64,000 nt of DNA. It comes from Pseudomonas aeruginosa PAO1 (lineage in GTDB: Bacteria > Pseudomonadota > Gammaproteobacteria > Pseudomonadales > Pseudomonadaceae). Below the pieces are notes generated by a model. The model saw only the letters and a program-made list of their open reading frames with translations, ran no database searches and was not told where the DNA came from. Position 1 is the first letter of the stretch. Every line of letters begins with the position of its first letter. Below, piece by piece: positions 52,347 through 62,483 of the stretch. The stretch lies in assembly GCF_000006765.1 (NCBI RefSeq), contig NC_002516.2. One strand, given 5' to 3'. The position numbers were made by a program, and so were the translations under genes.

Positions 52347-53741
52347 TCATGGCTTGTTCGGCGAGGAACGCAGCAGGCTCATTGCCATTATTACCAGCAG
52401 AGCGACCCCCAGCAGAAGTACCGCCCACAGGCCGATCTTCTTCCAGTCGCTACCCGGTGCCGGCGCCGCGACCGCCATGGCCACCTCCAGCGGTTCGCCC
52501 AGGCTGGCGCTACCCAGGGTGGCGCGCTTGCTCTCGGTATAGCCGGGAATCAGTACGCCGAGCGGCAGCGCCGCCGACTGCGCGCCGGGCTTGCCGAACG
52601 CCAGCCGGTACGGCGGGCTGCCGCGCACCAGGAACACCAGTTCGCTGGCCGGCAGGCCGACACTCAGGGACGGGACCTCCGGGCCCAGGCCGGTACCTCG
52701 TTGGTCCACCTGCAGACGCAGCTCGCGCACCGCCCAGCCCGGCAGTTCCAGCTCGTTCTGCTGTACGTTGCGGCCGTCGATCGGCAGCCGGTAGAGGACC
52801 CCGCGTGCCAGGCTGCTCCAGGCGGCCTCCCGGCGCGGCGAAGCGTTCTCCGTACGATCACGGCCGGACAGTTCCACCGGGACGATGGTGTGGGTCAGCG
52901 CCTGCTCCAGGGACACCCGCACCCGCTGCAACGGCAACGCCAGCGGCAACTGCCAGCGGTACTCGCCGTCCCCCGCCTGGCGCCCGGCCAGCGGCTCGGA
53001 CCAGATCATCGGCGCCGGCTCGGTGCTCCGCGTGCTGCCTTGCAGGCGGGCGCCATGGAGGTCTGCCGCGGTTGCCCCGGCCGGCCAGGCCAGACGCAGG
53101 TAGCGGGCCTGGCGGCCGGGAAGCTTGACCTCGCTGACGTCGATGCGTTCGCCGTTGAAGGTCAAGCGGGCGATCTGTCCGTCCCCCCAGGCCTGCCAAT
53201 GCTCGAGGTCGTCGCTGGCTTCCACGGAGAAGCGCTGGAAGCCCTCCTCCGGGCTGCTCCAGTCCAGCCGCAGGCGCTCCAGGGGAAACGTCACCGCGCT
53301 CGCGTCGATCAGCCAGCCGCGCAAAGTCTCGGCAGCCGGCCCGGCGTTTTCCGGCAGCACCTCGACTATGGTGCCGCTGGTGTTGCGCTGCACCCGCAGG
53401 TTCGGTTGCGTCGCGTCGGCGGCGGACGTGCCTCGCAACGGGAACAGCCGCACCTCGGCCTCATGCGGCGTGCTGGCCTGGCGCTCGCTGCCGGCCACCA
53501 GGGCGTAGGGCAAGGCCTCGCCTTCGGCATCGAAGACCCGCAGGTCGCGCAGGTCGGCATGGGCAGCCGACAACTGCACGCTCATCGGGATGCTCAGGCG
53601 ATACCAGGGACCTTCGCCCTGCAGCGACAGCGCCACCTGGCGGCTGAAACCTTCGGCAGACTCCTTCGCCGACAGCGGCAGGGACAGGCAGGCGCCCAGC
53701 AGGAGCAGGCCGGCGGTTCTGAACGAAAAGGAGCGCGTCAT
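52347..53741 (-). CDS. DUF3999-like exported protein with C-terminal membrane anchor
   Basis: Start MTRSFSF (53741) overlapping the upstream stop; 464 aa; signal peptide; C-terminal TM IGLWAVLLLGVALLVIMAMSLL. Confidence 0.75.
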   Translation of the reverse strand: MTRSFSFRTAGLLLLGACLSLPLSAKESAEGFSRQVALSLQGEGPWYRLSIPMSVQLSAAHADLRDLRVFDAEGEALPYALVAGSERQASTPHEAEVRLFPLRGTSAADATQPNLRVQRNTSGTIVEVLPENAGPAAETLRGWLIDASAVTFPLERLRLDWSSPEEGFQRFSVEASDDLEHWQAWGDGQIARLTFNGERIDVSEVKLPGRQARYLRLAWPAGATAADLHGARLQGSTRSTEPAPMIWSEPLAGRQAGDGEYRWQLPLALPLQRVRVSLEQALTHTIVPVELSGRDRTENASPRREAAWSSLARGVLYRLPIDGRNVQQNELELPGWAVRELRLQVDQRGTGLGPEVPSLSVGLPASELVFLVRGSPPYRLAFGKPGAQSAALPLGVLIPGYTESKRATLGSASLGEPLEVAMAVAAPAPGSDWKKIGLWAVLLLGVALLVIMAMSLLRSSPNKP

Positions 53742-56700
53742 GGCTGCTCGGCCTCCGATGCGACCTCGGCGCGACGCGGAGGCAAGGGTGAGAAGTAGCC
53801 GACGACCAGCAACAGGACGCCGACCCCGATGAAGGAGATGATTCGCTCCAGGCTGCCACTGTTGCCCAGCTCGACGAAGAACAGCTTGACCACCACGACG
53901 CCGACCAGCGCCGCGCCGACCATCCACAGGTCGCGCCGGCCGAGACGGGTACCGGCGATGGTCAGGCCCAGCGCACAGAGCGTCCAGACCAGCGACAGCC
54001 CCGCCTGCACCAGCATCGACGCGGTCAGCGCCTCGGCCTGGAACGGTACGCCGGCCAGGTGGTGCGCGGCGCGGCACACCGCCAGGGTCAGCAGGGCGAA
54101 CAGCGAGGCGCCGGCCAACGCCTGGCGCCCCAGGCGCGCGCTGGCATTGCCATCGACGAGCGAGGCCAGGCTGGCGTCGCTCCAGCGGTAGAGGGCGAAC
54201 AGCACGATCAGCAGCCCCAGTTCCAGCGGGTTGGCCAGCGGCAGGTAAGGCAGCGGCTCGGCAGCGCCGTCGCTGAGCAGGTTGGCGCTCCAGAACCAGC
54301 CGAGCAGCAACAGCGCCACCGGCGCAGCGGCGAGCAGCCGATACTCCCGCGGGAAGTCGCGCAGCGGCCAGGGCAGGCTCCGCCCGCCAGCCACCAGCAG
54401 CAGGTAGGCGCTCGGGACCAACGCCCAGCCCAGCCAACGCCAGGCGTTGTACTGTTCGGCGAGCAGGGCGAACAGGTAGCGCAGCTCCAGCGCCAGCACC
54501 CCTAGCAACAGCCAGCAACCGAGCACATGGGCAACGCTCAGGGCCTTCGCCGGCAGCAACGGGGCAAGGCGTCGCAGCGACAGCAGGTGCGTGGCGAACA
54601 GCAGCGGCCAGGCCAGCCAGCCGAATTCGCCGAACGGCTGGTAATCGAAACGCCAGGCACTGGCCAGGGCCAACAGCGCCACCGGGACCAGCGCCAGGCA
54701 CAGCAGGGCCAGTTCGCGCCAGCGCTCGCGCAGCGCCAGCAGCATCCACGACGCCACTGTCGCCGCGGCCACCAGCAGCAACGCATGCTCGCGCAGGCCA
54801 TAAGGCACGAAGCGGACGGTTTCGCACAGCGCGGTCAGCGCCCACCAGCCGGCTCCCCAGAGCAGCAGCAGGTGCGACAGCTCGGCCAGGCCGAGGGTAC
54901 CGATACCCAGCGCCCGCTCGCGCTCGCCGGCGCGGCGCAGCCGCCAGGCGCCGACCAGCGCCGCCAGGGCCAGCACTGCCGGCGTCCAGAACCCGGAATG
55001 GGCCAGGGGCCGCAGGCCTTCGCCGCTCAGCGAGCCGAACAGCGACGGCCCGGCGAGGAGGAACGCCAGGCCGCCCACTACCTGCAAGGCGAGGCCGAAG
55101 TAGAAGCTCAGGCGCTGGCGCAGCACCAGGCTCAGCCAGATGATCAGCAGCCCGCTACCGGCCCATACCGCGCTGGCGCTGCGCCAAGGCAGGACGAACA
55201 GCACTGCCAGGTTGACGAACGCCAGACCGGCCAGCAGCACCAGGCTCAAGCCCATGAGCAGCCGACTGTCGTCCTTCACCAGCGGGTCGCGCGCCGCCAG
55301 CAGCATGCCGCCGATCAGCGCCAGGCCAATCAGCGAGGCGGTCATCAAGCCACGCCAGCCCGAGTCGAATACCCCACCCTGGCCATCGCCGCCCTGCAAA
55401 TGCAGGAGGAACAGCGCACCGCCCAGCAGTTGCACGGCGAAGGCGCAGAACAGGAAGGTACGCGAGCCCAGGCGCAAGCCGGCGAACAAGCTCGCCAGGC
55501 CGGCCACGGCCCAGGCGATGGCGGTGCCGTCGACGGCCAGGCAGAGCGGTGCGACCAGGTAGAGGAAGGCCAGGCCGGCGGCCGCCAGCAACGGCCGGCA
55601 GGCCGGCTCCCAGTCGGCCAGCGCTTTCGCCGGCGCGCGACGCAGCTGCCAGAAGCTGAACAGCGCCGCTGCACCGAGCATCAGCGCGCCCAGTGGCGAA
55701 CCCTCCAGCAACGTCGTCTCACCCGGGCGCACGCCATTCAGGTAGGCCAACGCCGCACCGCCCTGCAACAGCAGGGCGAAGAGCCGCGCCAGGCGGCGTT
55801 GCTGGTGCAGGCCGAGCCAGTAGATGCCGGCGCCCTCGACGGCCCAGGCGGCCGAGGTCCAGCGCGCGTCCAGGCCGAGCGGAATGGCCAGGGTGCCGAA
55901 GACCACCCCCAGCGCCAGGCAGATTTCCACCAGCAGGCTGGTGCGTCCGGCCGAAGCATGGCCGCGCAGCACCCGCGCCAGGACCATGTAGAAGAGGCCC
56001 AGGGCCAGGGCGCTGAAGGCCATGCCGAAGTCGATGTGGCCGATCACCGCGCATTGCAGGCCGAACCCCACCAGTGGCGGGCCGAACAGCACGGTGGCGT
56101 CGATGTAGTCGGCCTGTCGCGCCGACCAGCGCAGCAGTTCGCCGCGCTCGGCAGGCGCCTGCGCGGCCTCCAGCAGCTTGCGGCGGGCGAAGAGCAGGCC
56201 GATCCCGACGTACATCAGGAAGAACAGGGCCAGGAACGGCTCGGTGCTGGCGAACAGCTCCGGTGTATAGGAGCGCAGTCCCCAGGCGAAGCCGATGCCG
56301 AAGGTGCCGACGAAGCCGACCAGGTTGAGCGGCCGCCAGGCGCGGAACCAGGCGATGGCGAAGATGCCGGCGTTGAGCAGGGCGAAGTAGCTGAACAGCG
56401 CTACATGGTTGCCGCTGCCGGTGGAGGTCAGGATCGGCGCGGCGAAGCCGCCGAGCGCCGCCACCACCGCCAGGCCCATGGCGTTCTGCAGCACGGCGAG
56501 GATCGCCGAGCAGATCGTCACCACCACCAGCAGGGCCAGCGCCGCGCCGGGAGAGATCAGCGGATGCAGGCGCATGGCGGCGAAGATGGTCAGGTACAGC
56601 ACCGCGATACCGGTGCCTTGCAGGATCAGGCCGTAGGCGGCGCGCCGCTCGCGCAGCCACCAGCCGACGCCGAGCAGCGCCATCGCTGCCAGCGCCACCC

Positions 56701-57343
56701 CGGCGTAGCGGTACTCCACCGGCACCGCCACCCGTTCCGAGGCATAGCGCAGGAGGAAGGCCAGGCCGATGAACAGCAGCACCACGCCGATGCGCAATAC
56801 CGTGTTGCCGCCGAACAGCCAGCCCTTGGCCGCGGCGAAGCCACGCTCGACCAGCGAGGGTTCGCGTGGAGGCGCTGGAGGGGCGGCACGGCGCGGCGCT
56901 GGCTGGGCGTCAGGCTGGAACGCCGGCTGACGCTCGATGGGCTGGACGGGTTCGGGGGGACGAGGCGGAGGCGGCGCAGCCTCGACGGCCGGTAGCTCGA
57001 TGTCCCAGTCCAGCGGCGGGGCAACCTCGGCGGGAGGAGCGGGAGGCGTGTCTGCGAGCGGCTGGTCGATGCCGGCGGCCGGCTCGGGAACGCTTTCGGG
57101 AAGGTCCTGCGCCTGGCGCTCCACGCGCAGCAAGCGCTGGTGGATGACCTCGGTGCCGCGCTCGAAGCGTTCGGCGAATTCGCTCATCTGCTTGCGCAGG
57201 CGCTCGTTCTGTTGCGCCAGGTTCTGCAGCGAGACGGCCTGTCCCAGGGCCAGGCCGGAAAGGCCGCCGAGGAGGGCGCCGACCAGCGATTCCCCGGCGA
57301 AGCCGCCGAGGATCAGGCCCACCAGCATGAAAATCCATTGCAT
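53738..57343 (-). CDS. DUF2339-like large polytopic membrane protein
   Basis: 1201 aa; N-terminal TM, coiled coil and Pro-rich linker, then a long run of hydrophobic helices; ends ERIISFIGVG. Confidence 0.8.
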   Translation of the reverse strand: MQWIFMLVGLILGGFAGESLVGALLGGLSGLALGQAVSLQNLAQQNERLRKQMSEFAERFERGTEVIHQRLLRVERQAQDLPESVPEPAAGIDQPLADTPPAPPAEVAPPLDWDIELPAVEAAPPPPRPPEPVQPIERQPAFQPDAQPAPRRAAPPAPPREPSLVERGFAAAKGWLFGGNTVLRIGVVLLFIGLAFLLRYASERVAVPVEYRYAGVALAAMALLGVGWWLRERRAAYGLILQGTGIAVLYLTIFAAMRLHPLISPGAALALLVVVTICSAILAVLQNAMGLAVVAALGGFAAPILTSTGSGNHVALFSYFALLNAGIFAIAWFRAWRPLNLVGFVGTFGIGFAWGLRSYTPELFASTEPFLALFFLMYVGIGLLFARRKLLEAAQAPAERGELLRWSARQADYIDATVLFGPPLVGFGLQCAVIGHIDFGMAFSALALGLFYMVLARVLRGHASAGRTSLLVEICLALGVVFGTLAIPLGLDARWTSAAWAVEGAGIYWLGLHQQRRLARLFALLLQGGAALAYLNGVRPGETTLLEGSPLGALMLGAAALFSFWQLRRAPAKALADWEPACRPLLAAAGLAFLYLVAPLCLAVDGTAIAWAVAGLASLFAGLRLGSRTFLFCAFAVQLLGGALFLLHLQGGDGQGGVFDSGWRGLMTASLIGLALIGGMLLAARDPLVKDDSRLLMGLSLVLLAGLAFVNLAVLFVLPWRSASAVWAGSGLLIIWLSLVLRQRLSFYFGLALQVVGGLAFLLAGPSLFGSLSGEGLRPLAHSGFWTPAVLALAALVGAWRLRRAGERERALGIGTLGLAELSHLLLLWGAGWWALTALCETVRFVPYGLREHALLLVAAATVASWMLLALRERWRELALLCLALVPVALLALASAWRFDYQPFGEFGWLAWPLLFATHLLSLRRLAPLLPAKALSVAHVLGCWLLLGVLALELRYLFALLAEQYNAWRWLGWALVPSAYLLLVAGGRSLPWPLRDFPREYRLLAAAPVALLLLGWFWSANLLSDGAAEPLPYLPLANPLELGLLIVLFALYRWSDASLASLVDGNASARLGRQALAGASLFALLTLAVCRAAHHLAGVPFQAEALTASMLVQAGLSLVWTLCALGLTIAGTRLGRRDLWMVGAALVGVVVVKLFFVELGNSGSLERIISFIGVGVLLLVVGYFSPLPPRRAEVASEAEQP

Positions 57344-57481
57344 GCGTCGAATCCTTGATCAAGAGGTACCACGATCCACTGATACCTGCCCTGGCCATCC
57401 TGCCAGAGCGGAACCCGCGCCGGGAGTATACAGCCCGCATTCCAGAGATTCGACGCATTCCGACGCCCGCCCCGTGGCGAG

Positions 57482-58066
57482 CTACCTCTTCCTGGCGATG
57501 AACTGGACCACGCAGGCCGCGCCGGTGTGGAAACGGCCCTCGACCACCTCGCGCTCGATTTCCCGCGCCAGCAGCACTTCGCACTCCGGCAGCTCAGCCT
57601 CCAGCGCCGCGCGGCTCACCAGCATGTCGACGTCCGCCGGGCCGCCGGTGCCGCGGCCGAGCTGTTCCGGCCGATAGGCCTCCAGCAGGAAGAGACCGCC
57701 CGGTCGCAGCGAACGCTCCAGCAGGCGGTTGAGTCTGCCGCGCACGCGACTGGGCAGGTGCGCGAAGATCGACACCACCGCGCCGAACGCCGCTGCCGGC
57801 GGTTCGTAGTCCGCCAGGTCGACCACCAGGGTGTCGATCGACACGCCTTTCGCCTCGGCCAGCCGGCGCGCCTTGGCCAGGCCGACGGTGGAGCCGTCCA
57901 CGCCAAGCACCTCCAGCCCCAGCGAAGCGAGGAACACCGCGTTGCGCCCCTCGCCCTCGGCGACGCTCAGCACCGGCCCGGCCAGCCGCTGCGCATGCTC
58001 CTTCAGGAAAGCGTTGGGTTCGGTTCCGTAGACATACTCTTCGGCGGCATAGCGTTCGTCCCACAT
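57482..58066 (-). CDS. Class I SAM-dependent methyltransferase
   Basis: Start MWDERY (58066), 194 aa; VLSVAEGEGRN, VLGVD, LRPGGLFLLE. Confidence 0.85.
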   Translation of the reverse strand: MWDERYAAEEYVYGTEPNAFLKEHAQRLAGPVLSVAEGEGRNAVFLASLGLEVLGVDGSTVGLAKARRLAEAKGVSIDTLVVDLADYEPPAAAFGAVVSIFAHLPSRVRGRLNRLLERSLRPGGLFLLEAYRPEQLGRGTGGPADVDMLVSRAALEAELPECEVLLAREIEREVVEGRFHTGAACVVQFIARKR

Positions 58067-58114
58067 GAGGTTCACCTCGTCTGTATTTCGTCACGGCCCA
58101 GGTGCCGAAACGCT

Positions 58115-58145
58115 AGTCTTCCACTTCAAGTCGACTTGAGGTCAA
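58115..58145 (-). promoter_or_regulatory. MerR-type promoter: 19-bp spacer containing a palindromic operator
   Basis: Minus strand TTGACC-[TCAAGTCGACTTGAAGTGG]-AAGACT; perfect 14-bp palindrome at 58126-58139. Confidence 0.75.
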
Positions 58146-58149
58146 GGGC

Positions 58150-58575
58150 ATGCGGCAACTGGACATAGGCGAGGTCGCGCGACGATCCGGGGTACCGGCC
58201 TCGACCCTGCGCTACTACGAGGAAAAGGGACTGATCGCCTCCAGCGGCCGGCACGGCCTGCGCCGGCTGTTCGATGCAGGCGTGCTGGAGCGGCTGGCGC
58301 TGATCGGGCTGGGCCGCGCCGCCGGGTTGTCGCTGGACGAGATTGCCGGCATGGGCGCAGCCGACGGCGCGCTGCGGATCGACCGCGCGGCGCTGGCGGC
58401 CAAGGCCGACGAACTGGACCGGACGATCCGCCGCCTCGCCGCCATGCGCGACGGCCTGCGGCATGCCGCGGCCTGTCCGGCGCGCGAGCACATGGACTGC
58501 CCGACGTTCCGCCGCTTGCTGCGGGCCGCTGCCGCGGGGGCCATCAAGCCACGCCGGAAAGCGCCCGGCGCATAG
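58150..58575 (+). CDS. MerR-family transcriptional regulator (SoxR-like HTH, no Fe-S Cys cluster)
   Basis: 141 aa; IGEVARRSGVPASTLRYYEEKGLI; C-terminal CPAREHMDCP. Confidence 0.9.
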   Translation: MRQLDIGEVARRSGVPASTLRYYEEKGLIASSGRHGLRRLFDAGVLERLALIGLGRAAGLSLDEIAGMGAADGALRIDRAALAAKADELDRTIRRLAAMRDGLRHAAACPAREHMDCPTFRRLLRAAAAGAIKPRRKAPGA

Positions 58576-58658
58576 CAAAACGGCCGGCAGGCCGGGCACC
58601 CCTGCCCTGCCTGCCGGCCGCGAGGCACGCCGTTGCGGCGCGCCGGTACGGCAACGGT

Positions 58659-60476
58659 TTAGACCTTGCTGCGCTCGTAGCGCTTGCGGTCGTTCTCGTT
58701 GAGCATCTTCTTGCGCAGGCGGATCGACTTCGGCGTCACTTCCACCAGCTCGTCGTCGGCGATGAACTCCAGCGCCTGCTCGAGGGTGAAGCGGATCGGC
58801 GGAACCAGGGCGATGACTTCGTCCTTGCCGGAAGCGCGCATGTTGTCGAGCTTCTTGCCCTTGGTCGGGTTGATCACCAGGTCGTTGTCACGGCTGTTGA
58901 TGCCGGCCAACTGGCCTTCGTAGATTTCGTCGCCCGGGCCGAGGAACAGCTTGCCGCGGCTCTGCAGGGTCTCCAGCGAGTAGGTCAGCGCGGTGCCGGT
59001 GGCCATGGAGACCAGTACGCCGTTCTGGCGGTTGCTGACTTCGCCGGCCTTGATCGGACCGTAGTGGCTGAAGGTCGAGGTCAGGATGCCGGTGCCCGAG
59101 GTCAGGGTCAGGAAGTTGTTGCGGAAGCCGATCAGGCCGCGCGCCGGAATGGTGTACTCCAGGCGCACGCGGCCCTTGCCGTCGGGAATCATGTTGCTCA
59201 GGTCGCCCTTGCGCAGGCCCATCTGCTCCATCACCGAGCCCTGGTGCTGCTCCTCGATGTCGATGGTGACGTTCTCGTAGGGCTCCTGCTTCTCGCCGTC
59301 CTTCTCGATGATCACCACTTCCGGGCGGCCCACGGCCAGCTCGAAGCCTTCGCGGCGCATGGTCTCGATCAGTACCGACAGGTGCAGTTCGCCACGGCCG
59401 GAAACCTTGAACTTCTCCGGGCTGTCGCCCGGCTCGACGCGCAGCGCCACGTTATGCAGCAGTTCCTTCTCCAGGCGCTCCTTGATGTTGCGGCTGGTGA
59501 CGAACTTGCCTTCGCGGCCGGCGAACGGCGAATCGTTGACCTGGAAGGTCATGCTCACGGTCGGCTGGTCGACGGTCAGCGGCGGCAGCGCCTCGACGTT
59601 CTGCGGGTCGCACAGGGTATCGGAGATGAACAGCTCCTCCATGCCGCTGACGCAGACGATGTCGCCGGCTTCCGCCTCGGCCACCTCGACGCGCTGCAGG
59701 CCGTGGTGGCCCATGATCTTCAGGATGCGGCCGTTGCGCTTGCTGCCGTCGTCGCTGATGGCCACCACCGGGGTGTTGGACTTGACCTTGCCGCGGGTGA
59801 TGCGGCCGATACCGATCACGCCGAGGAAGCTGTTGTAGTCCAGCTGCGAGATCTGCATCTGGAACGGACCCTCGGTGTCCACCACCGGGGCCGGGACGTG
59901 GTCGATGATCGCCTGGAACAGCGCGTCCATGTTGTCGTCCATCTTCTCGTGGTCGAGGCCGGCGATGCCGTTCAGGGCGCTGGCGTAGACGATCGGGAAG
60001 TCGAGTTGCTCGTCGGTGGCGCCGAGGTTGTCGAACAGGTCGAAGATCTGGTCGATGACCCAGTCCGGACGCGCGCCCGGGCGGTCGATCTTGTTCACCA
60101 CCACGATCGGACGCAGGCCGGCCTTGAAGGCCTTCTGGGTCACGAAGCGGGTCTGCGGCATGGGGCCGTCCTGGGCGTCGACCACCAGCAGCACGGAGTC
60201 GACCATCGACATCACGCGCTCCACCTCGCCGCCGAAGTCGGCGTGACCGGGGGTGTCGACGATGTTGATGTTGTAGCCGTTCCACTTGATCGCGGTGTTC
60301 TTCGCCAGGATGGTGATGCCACGCTCTTTTTCCTGGTCGTTGGAGTCCATCACCCGCTCGCTTTCCGCTTCTTTGCGGTCGAGGGTGCCGGACAGCTTCA
60401 GCAGCTTGTCCACCAGGGTGGTCTTGCCATGGTCGACGTGGGCGATGATGGCGATGTTGCGCAGATTTTCGATCAC
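58659..60476 (-). CDS. typA: Ribosome-associated GTPase TypA/BipA
   Basis: GTG start 60476 (605 aa); [33 protein letters not shown]. Confidence 0.96.
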   Translation of the reverse strand: MIENLRNIAIIAHVDHGKTTLVDKLLKLSGTLDRKEAESERVMDSNDQEKERGITILAKNTAIKWNGYNINIVDTPGHADFGGEVERVMSMVDSVLLVVDAQDGPMPQTRFVTQKAFKAGLRPIVVVNKIDRPGARPDWVIDQIFDLFDNLGATDEQLDFPIVYASALNGIAGLDHEKMDDNMDALFQAIIDHVPAPVVDTEGPFQMQISQLDYNSFLGVIGIGRITRGKVKSNTPVVAISDDGSKRNGRILKIMGHHGLQRVEVAEAEAGDIVCVSGMEELFISDTLCDPQNVEALPPLTVDQPTVSMTFQVNDSPFAGREGKFVTSRNIKERLEKELLHNVALRVEPGDSPEKFKVSGRGELHLSVLIETMRREGFELAVGRPEVVIIEKDGEKQEPYENVTIDIEEQHQGSVMEQMGLRKGDLSNMIPDGKGRVRLEYTIPARGLIGFRNNFLTLTSGTGILTSTFSHYGPIKAGEVSNRQNGVLVSMATGTALTYSLETLQSRGKLFLGPGDEIYEGQLAGINSRDNDLVINPTKGKKLDNMRASGKDEVIALVPPIRFTLEQALEFIADDELVEVTPKSIRLRKKMLNENDRKRYERSKV

Positions 60477-60692
60477 AAGTCTTGTCTCGTTTAACGCCCG
60501 AAGCGCGGCTTCGCGGCGGTGGTGGGGTCGGACAGGGCGGCGCCCGACACGACAGGCTTCTTCAATTAAGGGGCGGGCAGCAGGCGGACGCTGCCCCGGT
60601 CCGGCCGGCACGCCGAAGGGCGGGCATCGGCCTAGGCGGCGGACGTGTCGGGAGGACGGTGGCGGATGCTGCCGCCGAACAAGCCCGGCTGC

Positions 60693-62147
60693 TTAAGCCG
60701 GACGATAAACACGCACATTGGTGTGCCCCTCGTTGAGCAGGTGATGGGCATGCAGGCGGCTCATCACCCCTTTGTCGCAATACAGGAGGTACTGGCGGTT
60801 GGCGTCCAGTTCCTTGAAGCGGCTGTTGATCGCGTAGAACGGCAGCGCCTGGACTTCGACGCCTTCCAGGGCCAGGGGTTCGTCTTCCTGGGCATCAGGA
60901 TGGCGGATATCGATGACAATCTGACCGGGCAGCACCTCGCCGACCTCTTCCACCTGCAGGTCCTGGCCGAGTTCGTCGATCACCCGGTCGACGGTGCGCT
61001 GGGTGGCTCGCTCCAGGGCGCGCTCGAGCACCGCCATGTCGAATTTCGACTCTTCGTGCTCGACGCGGTAGGGCTTGGCCTGGGTGGTCGGGTTCACCGA
61101 GATCACCCCGCAGTATTCCGGCATGTGCCGGGCGAACTCGGCGGTGCCGATCTGCCGGGCGGTGTCGATGATGTCCTGCTTGTGGCTGACGATCAGCGGG
61201 CGCAGCACCAGGGTGTCGGTAACCCGGTCGATCACCGAGAGGTTCGGCAGGGTCTGGCTGGACACCTGGGAGATCGCCTCGCCGGTCACCAGCGCGTCCA
61301 GCTCCAGGCGCTCGGCCACGCGGCTGGCGGCGCGCAGCATCATGCGCTTGAGGGTCACGCCCATATAGCTGTCGTCGACCTTGGTGAGGATCTCGCCGAC
61401 CACTTCCTCGAACGGCACGCTGACGAACAGCACGCGCTGCGAGCGGCCGTACTTCTCCCACAGGTAGTGGGCGACTTCCATCACCCCCAGTTCGTGGGCG
61501 CGCCCGCCGAGGTTGAAGAACACGAAGTGGCTGATCATCCCGCGGCGCATCATCTGGTAGGCCGCCACGGTCGAGTCGAAGCCGCCGGACATCAGCACCA
61601 GCACCTGTTCCAGCGCGCCCAGCGGATAGCCGCCCAGGCCCGGATGCTGGCGATGGATGACGAACAGGCGGTCGAGGCGGATTTCCATCCGCACCTCGAC
61701 TTCCGGCTGCTTCAGGTCGATCCCGGCAGCCCCGCATTCGCGGCGCAGGCCGCTGCCGACGTAACGCTCCACCTCCATCGAGGTGAACGCGTGCTTGCCG
61801 GCGCGCTTGCAGCGCACGGCGAAGGTCTTGCCGGCCAACTGGTCGCCGAAATGCGCCTTGCACTTGGCGAGGATGTCGTCGAAATCGCCCAGCGGATACT
61901 CGTGGACCTCGAGGAAATGACCGATGCCCGGGGTGCAGGTCAGGCGCTCGATCATCTCGCGCCTGGCCTTGGCGTCGACCACGGCGGTCTCCACCTCCAG
62001 GTTGTCCCACTCGCCCTCGACCTTCAGCTCCGGGTCCAGGTCGCGCAGCACCGCGCGGATGTTCTTCGCCAACTGCCGGATGAAGCGCTTGCGCACCGGC
62101 CGGCTCTTGATGGTGATTTCCTGGAAGGTCTTGACGATGAGTTTCAT
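60693..62147 (-). CDS. thiI: tRNA 4-thiouridine synthase ThiI with rhodanese domain
   Basis: 484 aa; THUMP domain, [24 protein letters not shown]. Confidence 0.95.
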   Translation of the reverse strand: MKLIVKTFQEITIKSRPVRKRFIRQLAKNIRAVLRDLDPELKVEGEWDNLEVETAVVDAKARREMIERLTCTPGIGHFLEVHEYPLGDFDDILAKCKAHFGDQLAGKTFAVRCKRAGKHAFTSMEVERYVGSGLRRECGAAGIDLKQPEVEVRMEIRLDRLFVIHRQHPGLGGYPLGALEQVLVLMSGGFDSTVAAYQMMRRGMISHFVFFNLGGRAHELGVMEVAHYLWEKYGRSQRVLFVSVPFEEVVGEILTKVDDSYMGVTLKRMMLRAASRVAERLELDALVTGEAISQVSSQTLPNLSVIDRVTDTLVLRPLIVSHKQDIIDTARQIGTAEFARHMPEYCGVISVNPTTQAKPYRVEHEESKFDMAVLERALERATQRTVDRVIDELGQDLQVEEVGEVLPGQIVIDIRHPDAQEDEPLALEGVEVQALPFYAINSRFKELDANRQYLLYCDKGVMSRLHAHHLLNEGHTNVRVYRPA

Positions 62148-62245
62148 GCGAGGGACGCGAACGCGCGGGGCGACGGAAAAAAAGGGGCGGAATTATATCT
62201 GAAATTGCTCACGTATTGAGCAGAAATATGCACAGTTATTTTTGC

Positions 62246-62293
62246 TGCACCAAAATGGAATGATGCACCAACATGGAGCACCATAACGGTGCA
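62246..62293. promoter_or_regulatory. NtrC enhancer sites upstream of glnA
   Basis: TGCACCA-AAA-TGGAATG (62246), TGCACCA-ACA-TGGAGCA (62264), AGCACCA-TAA-CGGTGCA (62277) versus TGCACCA-N3-TGGTGCA. Confidence 0.8.
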
Positions 62294-62366
62294 CCCGAAG
62301 GCCGCCCAGCTACCCTGAAGAAGACCTGGCCCCGCCAAACATGGGGCCCTGCCCGATTCCGGGCAC

Positions 62367-62382
62367 TGGCACGCAACTTGCT
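62367..62382 (+). promoter_or_regulatory. Sigma-54 promoter of glnA
   Basis: TGGCAC-GCAAC-TTGCT, an exact -24/-12 consensus match. Confidence 0.9.
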
Positions 62383-62483
62383 CACTTGTGAGGCAGGTTG
62401 CCCTGGCGGAGTATTCCGGCCGGCATCACCCGATACTGGGGCACAGAAAAAGCTCCCAGCTCTAATCCCTCCTGGAGGACAGC

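Noticed and set aside
52347-54845. 832-aa version of the DUF3999-like ORF
   Set aside because: The upstream part overlaps the DUF2339-like gene out of frame; a signal peptide starts at 53741.
57355-57364. CTTGATCAAG palindrome as an Anr/Dnr box
   Set aside because: It lacks the 4-bp spacer of TTGAT-N4-ATCAA.
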